Source of the DNA: Nocardioides sp.
Lineage (GTDB): Bacteria > Actinomycetota > Actinomycetes > Propionibacteriales > Nocardioidaceae
Reading direction: 5' to 3'
DNA length: 64,000 nt
Assembly (NCBI RefSeq): GCF_036503465.1
Contig: NZ_DASXWU010000059.1
Coordinates: forward strand, 6,654-70,653
The position numbers and the translations under genes were made by a program. Shown here piece by piece: positions 1 to 7,945 of this stretch (positions within the stretch are counted from its first letter, which is position 1; each line of letters opens with the position of its first letter). The notes beneath the pieces are model-generated. The model saw only the letters and a program-made list of their open reading frames with translations, was not told the DNA's origin and did not search any database.

Positions 1-7
1 CGGAGCC

Positions 8-601
8 GTGATCCGACGGGTCGGTCTGGCCCTCCTGATCGCCTGCGCGATCCCGTTCGCGATCTTCTACACCACGCTCCAGGTGGCCGGGGTGTGGGTA
101 GCGATCTTCGCTGCCCTCGGTTGGGCCTACGGCGCCATCGCTTGGCGCTGGCTGACCGGCCGCCGACCCTCCGGCCTGCTGATCCTCACCGCGACCGTGA
201 TGACCGGCCGCACCGTGATCGCGACGGCGGCCGACAGCACCTTCCTCTACTTCCTGCAACCTGTCATCACCGACGGCATCGTCGCGACGACGTTCCTGCT
301 GTCGCTGGCCACCACCCGCCCCATAGTGGCGCGCCTCGCAGGTGACTTCTACCCGATGGACCACGAACTGTCCCTGCGACCGGCGATCCAGCGACTCTTC
401 CGGCGCCTCACCGTGCTGTGGGCCGTCCTGGGTCTGGCCAAGGCAACGATCACGCTGTGGTTGCTGGAGACCCAGACCCTGCACACCTTCGTCCTGGTCA
501 AAGGGATATCGGTCCTCACCCTGACCACCCTGACCATCGCCGCCACCATCGGCGCCGCCGCGGTCGTGGGCCGCAAAGAAGGCCTCTTGGCTTCTGCGTG
601 A
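8..601 (+). CDS. polytopic membrane protein of unknown function (5' end may lie outside the window)
   Basis: ORF-track 197 aa. At least five hydrophobic spans (LALLIACAIPFAIFY, VWVAIFAALGWAYGAIAW, LLILTATVM, IVATTFLLSLA, ISVLTLTTLTIAATIGAAAVV). GC3-rich codons. The frame is open back to the window edge. Confidence 0.6.
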   Translation: MIRRVGLALLIACAIPFAIFYTTLQVAGVWVAIFAALGWAYGAIAWRWLTGRRPSGLLILTATVMTGRTVIATAADSTFLYFLQPVITDGIVATTFLLSLATTRPIVARLAGDFYPMDHELSLRPAIQRLFRRLTVLWAVLGLAKATITLWLLETQTLHTFVLVKGISVLTLTTLTIAATIGAAAVVGRKEGLLASA

Positions 602-895
602 CGGACTTCCGAAGGTCGCTGGCCGAACGAACGATCTGGAGACGGCAGAGCACACAACCCCGCATCTGTGTGGCACCGGCAAGGCCTCCCATCGACTGAG
701 CGGCCTCATGGCTCCAATCAACATGCGCCGGATAGACGCGCGTGGTGTGCGTCGGGTGAGTTCGGCGATGCGCTGTACCGGGCACCCAGCCGTAGCCTGA
801 AGGCTGTTGAAGGGGTGGCTCTGCAAGCCGCCCTGGCCGCGCACGAGGTTGCGGCTTGTCCGCAGGCAGAGAACGTCCGCGTCTCCTGATCTCGC

Positions 896-936
896 CGCGA
901 GAGCCCCGACCGCACGCCCGGGTCGGGGCCCTCGCG
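896..936. other. GC-rich stem-loop (16-bp stem with one mismatch, ~9-nt loop), possible U-tract-less terminator or REP-like element
   Basis: CGCGAGAGCCCCGACC (896-911) pairs with GGTCGGGGCCCTCGCG (921-936), checked base by base. Intergenic. No T-run on either strand. Confidence 0.55.
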
Positions 937-1362
937 CAGCGAGTGCGGAACGTCAGCCGAGCGACAAGGCTGGCCCGACGGACGGCGACGCCGCAGCGCT
1001 GAGATTTGATCGGATGCTGCCGACTGCCAGGCGGTGGCTTTGTTGTTGCGTCGCCGTGTACCGGCGCCACCCCCCCAACCTCGCCGAACGCGAAGCACAT
1101 GCACGCCCGAAAGTCACGCGTGTTGGCAGCGCGACGGAGGCGAGCCGGTGCCGAGAAAGCACTCCCGAAATCATCATCGTCGGCGACATCCCTCCGGATC
1201 CGAACCGCCTCCGTCACGGAGCAGCCGAGGGGAAATCAGGCTGATGCACGCACCACCCCAGCGGGGGGACGGTTCGCGCGCATTCTCAGGTAGGCTTTGC
1301 GCTGTTCAGTGCGTCGTCCCGGACCTCGACGGCTCTCCATCTTGTCGATGGCCGGAGGTCCA

Positions 1363-2445
1363 ATGGCCACCACCACGCCGGCCGCTGGTGCGAGCCGCGC
1401 ACAACGTCGGGCCGCCGCTGGCAGCTCGTACACGGATCTGGCGAAGGTGATCCGGGAGAGCGGTCTTCTCCGGCGTCGTTATGCCTGGTACTGGTGTCGG
1501 ATCGGGCTCACCATCGCAGCGTTTGTGGCCGTCTGGGCTTGGGTCGCGTTTCTGGGGCACTCGTGGTTCCAGCTGCTCCCGGCGGTGGGCCTCGGGGTGC
1601 TGAGCGCGCAGTTCGGCTTCCTCGGGCACGACGCGGCCCACCGTCAGATGTTCGTCTCGGCAGAGTGGAACGACTGGACGTCACGGATCCTGTCGGCGGT
1701 GTTCGTGGGGCTCTGCCTGGGCTGGTGGAAGGGCAAGCACAACCGGCACCATGCGGCTCCCAACACCGAGGGCCGTGACCCAGACATCGCCGCGGGCGCC
1801 CTGGCCTTCACCCGCGACGCGGCGGCCGCCCGCAGACCGGGGCTCGGCACGTGGCTCCTGCGCCGCCAGGGCTGGCTGTTCTTCCCGATGCTCACCCTCG
1901 AGGGCCTGAACCTGCACTACGCCGGACTCCGGTACATCATCTCCGACCGGTCCGTTCCGCACCGCCGGGTCGAGATCGCACTCGTGGTGACCCGCATCGC
2001 GTCCTACGTCCTGGTCCTGGCCTTCCTGCTTCCTCCGGGCCTGGCGATCGCGTTCTTTGTCGTGCATATGGCCGTCTTCGGGCTCTGTCTTGGCGGCTCC
2101 TTCGCGCCCAGCCACAAGGGGATGCCGATCGTCCCCAAGGACGTCAAGATCGACTTCCTGCGCCGTCAGGTGATGATGTCGCGCAACGTCCGCGGGGGTG
2201 TCCTGGTTGACCTGGCCATGGGCGGCCTGAACTATCAGATCGAGCATCACCTGTTCCCAAGCATGCCCCGACCAAACCTGCGCCTGGCCCAGCCGGCCAT
2301 ACGCGCCTATTGCGCCGAGCAAGGGATTGTTTACACCGAGGCCGGGCTGTTCGAGTCCTACGGGATCGTCATCGATTACCTCAACCATGTCGGGCTGCGG
2401 GCTACGGGGCCGTTTGAGTGCCCGCTGAGAACGGGGCTGCGGTAA
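1363..2445 (+). CDS. membrane fatty-acid desaturase (acyl-CoA/acyl-lipid type)
   Basis: Three histidine boxes (HDAAH, HNRHH, QIEHHLFP) in a multi-TM context. GGAGG lies 5 nt upstream of ATG 1363. The ORF-track start 1297 is an upstream in-frame ATG encoding Arg-rich junk. Confidence 0.85.
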   Translation: MATTTPAAGASRAQRRAAAGSSYTDLAKVIRESGLLRRRYAWYWCRIGLTIAAFVAVWAWVAFLGHSWFQLLPAVGLGVLSAQFGFLGHDAAHRQMFVSAEWNDWTSRILSAVFVGLCLGWWKGKHNRHHAAPNTEGRDPDIAAGALAFTRDAAAARRPGLGTWLLRRQGWLFFPMLTLEGLNLHYAGLRYIISDRSVPHRRVEIALVVTRIASYVLVLAFLLPPGLAIAFFVVHMAVFGLCLGGSFAPSHKGMPIVPKDVKIDFLRRQVMMSRNVRGGVLVDLAMGGLNYQIEHHLFPSMPRPNLRLAQPAIRAYCAEQGIVYTEAGLFESYGIVIDYLNHVGLRATGPFECPLRTGLR

Positions 2446-2960
2446 CCGCAGAGGAGCCGGACATCCGCGGAACGGGGGGTGGCAGGGAAATCTCCTCAGA
2501 AAAAACTCTGCGCGCTTGGGACTCCCTGAAGTATGCCCCGATCTCCGTGGAGTCGAGTCGCTGAATTCTCATGCCCCGTGGATGACTCGATCATTGCCCC
2601 CATTAGTCGGGCTGAGCCTTCCTGCGGCGCTGTGTCCGCGGTTGTGCATGGATCTCGATCGCGTTGGCCACCTCGACACCGGTGCTTCAGTGACGTCCGA
2701 TTGAGGAGTTCGCCTTGCATGCCTCCGGTGGCCGCAAGCCTCGTTGGCGCAGGCGATCTGCCGGCGTCTTGGAGTTTCCGGTCCGTGGGCAGACAGGGTC
2801 TGCTGCTGCACGACTTGCCGGTTTTCGGCTGCAGTGGCTTGGCGGGGCGGCAAAGGAGATGCCTGCGGAGTGTGCCGTCGTTGATCTGGACGAAGTCGAC
2901 CCCTCGAGAGTGAGTCGTCCCGGGGCAGCCTCCATGAAACCAGGGCTCTCATGCCTGACG

Positions 2961-3659
2961 ATGGTGTTGATGTCCGCGCCCGAGAGATCCACGCCCGGCG
3001 AACCCCGGTTTCCTGCAGCGGTTGCCGTGGTGGTCGCGATCGCGCTCTATGCAGCCTTGCCTGCGCAACTGCTGCTTGGGCCCCGATATGTGGTCCCCGG
3101 CCTCGAGGTGTTGCTGTTCGTGCCGCTTGTCGCGGTCAACCCGAGGAGGATGACCCGGGAGAACAAGTGGTTACGACGCCTATCTTTGGCGCTGGTCATG
3201 GTGATCGCGGCCGCCAACGCCATCGCCCTCGGTCTTCTCGTCGGGGAGCTCGTGTCGGGGGCTGCCAGCCAAGGCAAGGCGCTGCTGCTCGCTGCCGGTC
3301 AGGTGTGGTCGACCAACATCGTCATCTTCGCTTTGGCCTTCTGGGAGCTGGACCGGGGTGGGCCGGTCCGGCGAACCGAAGGTCGCGACCAGGACCTACC
3401 CGTGGCCGACTTTCGGTTTCCTCAGGATGAGGACCACGACGCAGTCGTCGAAGTAGCGGCCCGGTCGTCCATGAGGTCGGGGTGGACGCCCGGGTTCATC
3501 GACTACTTGTACGTGTCGGTCACGAACTCGTCGGCCTTCAGTCCCACCGACACCATGCCGCTGTCGCATCGGGCCAAGCTGTTGATGGGCGCCGAATCGG
3601 TCTCAGCGATCGTCCTGTCGGTACTCGTCATCTCGCGCGGCGTAAGCCTCCTGAATTGA
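2961..3659 (+). CDS. DUF1345-like integral membrane protein
   Basis: C-terminal part of ORF 2715..3659. TM-rich with FWELDRGGP and GFIDYLYVSVTNSSAFSPTDT motifs typical of DUF1345. Start is ambiguous (ATG at 2934, 2961 or 2970). The upstream 80 codons are Arg/Gly-rich and unlikely to be coding. Confidence 0.65.
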   Translation: MVLMSAPERSTPGEPRFPAAVAVVVAIALYAALPAQLLLGPRYVVPGLEVLLFVPLVAVNPRRMTRENKWLRRLSLALVMVIAAANAIALGLLVGELVSGAASQGKALLLAAGQVWSTNIVIFALAFWELDRGGPVRRTEGRDQDLPVADFRFPQDEDHDAVVEVAARSSMRSGWTPGFIDYLYVSVTNSSAFSPTDTMPLSHRAKLLMGAESVSAIVLSVLVISRGVSLLN

Positions 3660-3869
3660 CAGCCACCTCTCGACCCGTGCGGTTCGCGGGGCCGAGATGT
3701 GCCCGGTGATCCGCATGGAGCCGTGAGGGTCTCGGTCACGCCTGATGGCTGCTTGGACGGTGGGCGTGAACGTCGCTCAAGGCGGAGGTCACGGTGGTGC
3801 GGCGCTGATCCGGGGACGTTGACCTCTGGGCTGTCGAAGAAACCCAACCTCGGGCATCCTCTCAGTTCG

Positions 3870-4601
3870 TCATGACCCCATGAGGTCTTGGACGCTGGCC
3901 GGGGTGGAGATCACCTGGTTGGCGACGTCGGTCAGACGCAGACGGTGGCTGCGGCAGTAGGCCCGCAGCATCTCGAAGGCTTGGTCAGGGGTGATGACGT
4001 TGGCTTGGGCGACCATACCCTTGGCTTGTTCGATGATGATGCGGGTGTTGAGGGCGCCCTGCAGCTGGTCGGTGAGGTCGTGACCATGTTGGATGGCGCG
4101 TTGCTGGAGGAGCCCGATGGTGGCTATATCGGCGAGTGCTTGGACGATTCGGATGTCGGTGGCGTCCATGCGTCCAGCCTCGTTGCTGAACAAGTTGAGT
4201 GCACCCAGCGACTGATTGCGGAGCCGGAGTGGGAAGGCATGGACCGAGCGGTAGCCGGCGGCCACGGCGCGGGGTGCGAAGGTGGGCCACCGGTCGCTGG
4301 CCTGGGTGAGGTCGGCGTTGATTACAGGTGTGCCTTGGGTGTAGCAGTCCTGGCAGGGACCTTCGCGAGCCTGAACCTGGAACAGTTCGAGCATCTCGGA
4401 GCGTTCGTCCGAGGCGGCCATCAGCTGGAGTCGGCCTCGATGGTCCGCCAGGAGCAGACCGGCGGCACGTGCCTCGAAGAGGTCGGAGGTGTGGGTGGCG
4501 AGCCTTTGGAGGAACTCGATGAGATCGAACTCATCGACGAGAGTGTCGGCGACCTCGACGAACACTTCGGCCAGCCGGTCAGTGGCGATCACGTTGTCCA
4601 A
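3870..4601 (-). CDS. GAF + ANTAR domain RNA-binding regulator
   Basis: N-terminal GAF-like region (GPCQDCY..AFPLRLRNQSLGALNLF). C-terminal ANTAR (LNTRIIIEQAKGMVAQANVITPDQAFEMLRAYCRSHRLRLTDVA). TTG start in the ORF track, so the exact start is uncertain. Confidence 0.9.
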   Translation of the reverse strand: MDNVIATDRLAEVFVEVADTLVDEFDLIEFLQRLATHTSDLFEARAAGLLLADHRGRLQLMAASDERSEMLELFQVQAREGPCQDCYTQGTPVINADLTQASDRWPTFAPRAVAAGYRSVHAFPLRLRNQSLGALNLFSNEAGRMDATDIRIVQALADIATIGLLQQRAIQHGHDLTDQLQGALNTRIIIEQAKGMVAQANVITPDQAFEMLRAYCRSHRLRLTDVANQVISTPASVQDLMGS

Positions 4602-4637
4602 CTTCTTTCATCTGTGCCTGGTGGCGGGCGGGCGCGT

Positions 4638-5369
4638 TCATGTGTCCGTCTGAAGGAGGAGTTTACCGACGATGATGTCGTCGGCGACGTCACTCAAAGC
4701 GCGGTCCTGAGCGTAGGCGTAGGCCCGGATCCTGATCATGGCCTCATCGAGTGGGATTCCCAGCTGGATGGCCAGCATGCCCTGGGCTTGGTATAGCTCG
4801 AACCTGTTGTCCAGAGCGTCGTCCAGGGCTGGCGGGCCGTCACTCTGGTTCGAACGTTGTTGCGCATTCAACAGCCCTGTCATGGCCACGTCAGCCAGCG
4901 TCAGCGCCTGGACGATGGTCTCGGCCGACGGGCTCCCGGGCTGGTCGCGGTAGACGTCCAATGCACCGAGACGCGCTGCGCCGATCTGGAGCGGGAACGA
5001 GAACGCAGCCTGGACACCGTGTTCTTGGGCAGCCGGCGCGTAGCCGGGCCACCGGACCCGGGCGGCGACGCTCAGGTCCGGGGCGAACACAGGTCTACCG
5101 GTGCTGAACGCGTCGATGCAAGGCCCCTCCCCTAGGGTGAACTGGAGGTCCTCCACGGTTGCGCTCTTGGCATCCGAGGCGGCCACCGTGGCCGGCTCAC
5201 CACCTCGCGACATCACACTGATGCCGACCCCGGCGGCCGGGAGCGTTCTCGATGCCACACGGCACAACCGCTGCAGCCAACCCACCACGTCGGGCTTGTC
5301 CGCGGGATCGACCGCCTCAGCCTCGATCAGGGCCCACATGCTCTGGAAGGCTGCATCAGAGGTGGTCAC
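4638..5369 (-). CDS. GAF + ANTAR domain RNA-binding regulator (divergent paralogue)
   Basis: GAF-like core (GEGPCIDAF..SFPLQIGAARLGALDVY) and ANTAR (LDNRFELYQAQGMLAIQLGIPLDEAMIRIRAYAYAQDRALSDVA). GTG start with GAGGA 4 nt upstream. Confidence 0.9.
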   Translation of the reverse strand: MTTSDAAFQSMWALIEAEAVDPADKPDVVGWLQRLCRVASRTLPAAGVGISVMSRGGEPATVAASDAKSATVEDLQFTLGEGPCIDAFSTGRPVFAPDLSVAARVRWPGYAPAAQEHGVQAAFSFPLQIGAARLGALDVYRDQPGSPSAETIVQALTLADVAMTGLLNAQQRSNQSDGPPALDDALDNRFELYQAQGMLAIQLGIPLDEAMIRIRAYAYAQDRALSDVADDIIVGKLLLQTDT

Positions 5370-5449
5370 GGCGTCCTCGACCCAACCCCGGGGTGCGGCA
5401 ATGCAAGGCCACCGCTCTCAGGTGTCCATCGTGTGGCTGGATCCGGCGG

Positions 5450-5800
5450 TCAAGACATCGGCACGGGTGGGATCGAGCGGGCCGGATTCCGCGGGTAGCC
5501 ATTTCTATGGCCTTCCTTGGTGCCGAGTTTCACCAAGGCGACGGCCAGCACCCGAAGCTCCACCCCGTGGGTGATTGACCACCGCAGCAAGAGGTGGAGT
5601 GCCTTGTCGGCCGGGAGGCCGTACCGCATCATCAGCATGCCTCGGGCCTGCTCGATCGGGGCCCGCGCCTCCATCGCACCACGCAGCTGCGCCACTTCAC
5701 GGCGCGACAACATCAGTTCATGGGCGAAGTCATCAACTACGTCGGCGGTCGCTGACAGCAAGACGTTCAGGCTGTCTTCTCGTACGCTCAAAACGGTCAA
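5450..5800 (-). CDS. ANTAR domain-only protein (coiled-coil + ANTAR)
   Basis: MEARAPIEQARGMLMMRYGLPADKALHLLLRWSITHGVELRVLA is an ANTAR signature. There is no sensor domain. TTG start, so the start is uncertain. Confidence 0.75.
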   Translation of the reverse strand: MTVLSVREDSLNVLLSATADVVDDFAHELMLSRREVAQLRGAMEARAPIEQARGMLMMRYGLPADKALHLLLRWSITHGVELRVLAVALVKLGTKEGHRNGYPRNPARSIPPVPMS

Positions 5801-5926
5801 CCCCTACTTGGCGCGTGAAAGGTCGCTGTCGTCGGGGTCCGGGACGGCCTTGGCTGCCAACCTAGCCCCAGAAGCCCCGTTTCAGCCATAGAGGGCATGC
5901 ACTCGTCTTCGTCGCGTTCGGCACAG

Positions 5927-6826
5927 TCAATGCGTTCCGCCCACCGCGGCCGTCCCAAGGTTCGGTGGGCGCCTCCTGGACGCCCGCGCCTGGGACGCGC
6001 CAGCTCGATGGTTCTGCTGGGTTCCTGTGGACGCGGGCGCGGGGCTGGTCCCGGGATTAGGCGTCAGTCCGGTCCGTGGCGACCCCTCGGGCGGGAGGGC
6101 GTTGCCGAGGGATGTGGCCCGGTTCGGACCCCGGCTGAGAGCCAGCCCGTGAGCGACACCCCACAGCACTGCTTGGGATCGGGTTGTCACGCCGATCTTG
6201 CGGTAGCTGGACCGGATGTAGCTCTTGACGGTGTTGATCGTCAGGCACGCCTCTTCGGTGATCTCTCGGTTGCTCAGTCCGGCAGTGATCAAGATGAGGA
6301 CGCCTTGTTCGCGTTCGGTGAGCTCGTTGAGACGTGACACGTTCTCGCGGGGCAGCTCGACGCGCGGCTCCCGGTCACCTCCCACGACCTCACCTAGGTA
6401 TATGCGCTCTAGAGTTGCCACCAGCTCTGAGACGGCCAGGTTCATCGATAGCCACCCACGCAATCTTCCGTGCAAAGCGCGCTCGATCGTGGCCATCTGC
6501 GGTGACTCGACGACAGGGCCCCACTTGAGGAAGACGATCAGCTCCATTGCTTCGAGACGTCTCAGCAGCCGCGCCGGATCCAGCCTGGGGTCATCGTGGT
6601 AGGGATCGATGAGGTGGATCACAGCCTCGTCCCCAGCCACTGAGGCACCCAGAAGAATGATGCGGTCGGCGTAGGGAGCGAGCAGCCCGCGGAGACCGAA
6701 GTCGACCAGCTCGCCCATGCTCTCGAGCACGACCGGCACGGGCGCCCACGTCTCGGCCTCGGGCGTGGCAGCTAGACGCTCTCGTGCTGTTTGGGCCGCC
6801 TGTGGTTTGGTGGAGCGATTCGACAC
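5927..6826 (-). CDS. LuxR/FixJ-type HTH transcriptional regulator with degenerate receiver-like N-terminus
   Basis: HTH LTEREQGVLILITAGLSNREITEEACLTINTVKSYIRSSYRKIG. I prefer GTG 6826 (AAGGAGA 6 nt upstream) over the ORF-track GTG 6862. Unusual ~70-aa tail after the HTH. Confidence 0.8.
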   Translation of the reverse strand: MSNRSTKPQAAQTARERLAATPEAETWAPVPVVLESMGELVDFGLRGLLAPYADRIILLGASVAGDEAVIHLIDPYHDDPRLDPARLLRRLEAMELIVFLKWGPVVESPQMATIERALHGRLRGWLSMNLAVSELVATLERIYLGEVVGGDREPRVELPRENVSRLNELTEREQGVLILITAGLSNREITEEACLTINTVKSYIRSSYRKIGVTTRSQAVLWGVAHGLALSRGPNRATSLGNALPPEGSPRTGLTPNPGTSPAPASTGTQQNHRAGASQARASRRRPPNLGTAAVGGTH

Positions 6827-7009
6827 GTCGGTTCTCCTTGCCTGAGCTCGGGCATTCGACACGCTCGAACTCGACAGCGGTGAGCCGATCGAGGAGACCC
6901 TGGCTGACGGCGGGAGTTGGGCGCGCCACCGAGGTCTGGGGTGGAGTCACAAAGTGTGGACCGAGACTCTACACCCGGAACCACCGCATGAGCTCACACT
7001 GCTATCGAG

Positions 7010-7440
7010 GGTTCGGGCCAGTCGTTGGGGTGCGGTGCCCAGGGTGCGTCGTAGGCCGCGGCGCAACCGGCTTACGTCTTCGGTGAGGAACGGGTCGTCA
7101 AGCCCGTGACTGCGGTGGACAAACGAGAGGGCCGACCAGGATGTGTCGATCACCGAGGCCGGCGCACCAGCGTTCCCAGCGGCGCCAGGTGTGGCCGTAC
7201 ACGGTGCGGGCGGACTCGGTGACGACCACGGCCGTCGCGTCGACGATCCGGCCGCGGTCGGTCGCGGTGAGGCCGGCGAACAGATCGGCGAACAGATCGG
7301 CGAACAGATCGGCGATCCGGTCTGCGGTCAGGGTGTCGGCGGGCGTGCGTGTGGGTGAGGTGGCGCCGGCGGCGACCACTTTCGCCCTGGGATCGACCAG
7401 CCGCGCGAGGCCGCCGCTCGTGGGCGGTAAAGGCCGGTTT
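7010..7440 (-). pseudogene. tyrosine recombinase/integrase N-terminal fragment, frameshifted and truncated
   Basis: Frame 1 (ORF 7098..7577) reads ..ESARTVYGHTWRRWERWCAGLG. Frame 2 (ORF 6947..7153) continues ..SALSFVHRSHGLDDPFLTEDVSRLRRGLRRTLGTAPQR. Both are typical of the SAM-like N-domain of phage-type integrases. No catalytic R-H-R-Y domain follows. Confidence 0.55.
7275..7317. repeat. 12-bp tandem repeat GGCGAACAGATC x3 plus a partial copy
   Basis: Perfect copies at 7275-86, 7287-98 and 7299-7310, then GGCGATC. Encodes ADLF-ADLF-ADLF in the recombinase pseudogene frame. Confidence 0.9.
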
Positions 7441-7506
7441 CTGCCCGTTCGATCAAATCTCAAATGTCGTTCAGGCCGGGAGATCCATGGTCTCCGAGCC
7501 TGAATT

Positions 7507-7545
7507 TGGTAGCGGGGGCGGGATTTGAACCCGCGACCTCTGGCT
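7507..7545 (-). other. tRNA 3'-half-like remnant (variable loop, T-arm, acceptor 3' strand, encoded CCA); probable att-site relic
   Basis: Minus strand reads GAGGTC GCGGG TTCAAAT CCCGC CCCCGCT A CCA. No matching 5' acceptor strand, D-arm or canonical anticodon arm exists upstream. Confidence 0.6.
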
Positions 7546-7630
7546 AAAGGATCAAGCCACAGCAAAACCGATCGCACCAGGACAACCGAGATCCGCTCGA
7601 CCGCAAAGGTGTCCGTCGCGGCCCGGCCAG

Positions 7631-7945
7631 TCAGCCGCCGAGCGCCTTCCTGCGTACCGCAGCGAGATCCCGCTCGAGGCGGTCGAGAGCACTCTCGACG
7701 TCGTCGGCAGGCGCGAGCGACTGGAGCAACAACTGACGCGCAACGGTCGAGACGGGCAATCCTCTGCCTTGCGCCAGGGCCACAAGCTCTGCGAGCTCGT
7801 CGTCGTTGAGACGGACCTGCAGCGTCCTCGCGCGCGAGTGCCCTCTCGTGACCTGCACGTCCGTGCGCTTCGGCGAGTTCGGGTCAGCTTCGGCTGCCTC
7901 CGCGGCGGCGCCCTCATCCGCGAGGAGTTCGTCCAGCTCGTTCAT
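7631..7945 (-). CDS. ribbon-helix-helix (CopG/MetJ-like) DNA-binding protein
   Basis: RARTLQVRLNDDELAELVALAQGRGLPVSTVARQLLLQSL fits a strand-helix-helix pattern. ATG 7945 is preceded by GGAAGGAG at 7 nt. The ORF-track start 7966 is less likely. Confidence 0.7.
   Translation of the reverse strand: MNELDELLADEGAAAEAAEADPNSPKRTDVQVTRGHSRARTLQVRLNDDELAELVALAQGRGLPVSTVARQLLLQSLAPADDVESALDRLERDLAAVRRKALGG

Noticed and set aside
7507-7597. Possible complete (class II, ~91-nt) tRNA on the minus strand.
   Set aside because: Only 5 of 7 acceptor pairs could form with AGCGGAT. The acceptor-to-anticodon spacer would be 31 nt. The only anticodon-like stem (TGGCT/AGCCA) encloses a 9-nt loop. Kept only as a 3'-half remnant.
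7631-7945. RHH protein considered as an antitoxin of a toxin-antitoxin pair.
   Set aside because: No adjacent co-directional small toxin ORF (ParE, RelE, VapC, etc.) exists. Its neighbours are a tRNA remnant and a divergent excisionase, so it is more likely an element regulator.
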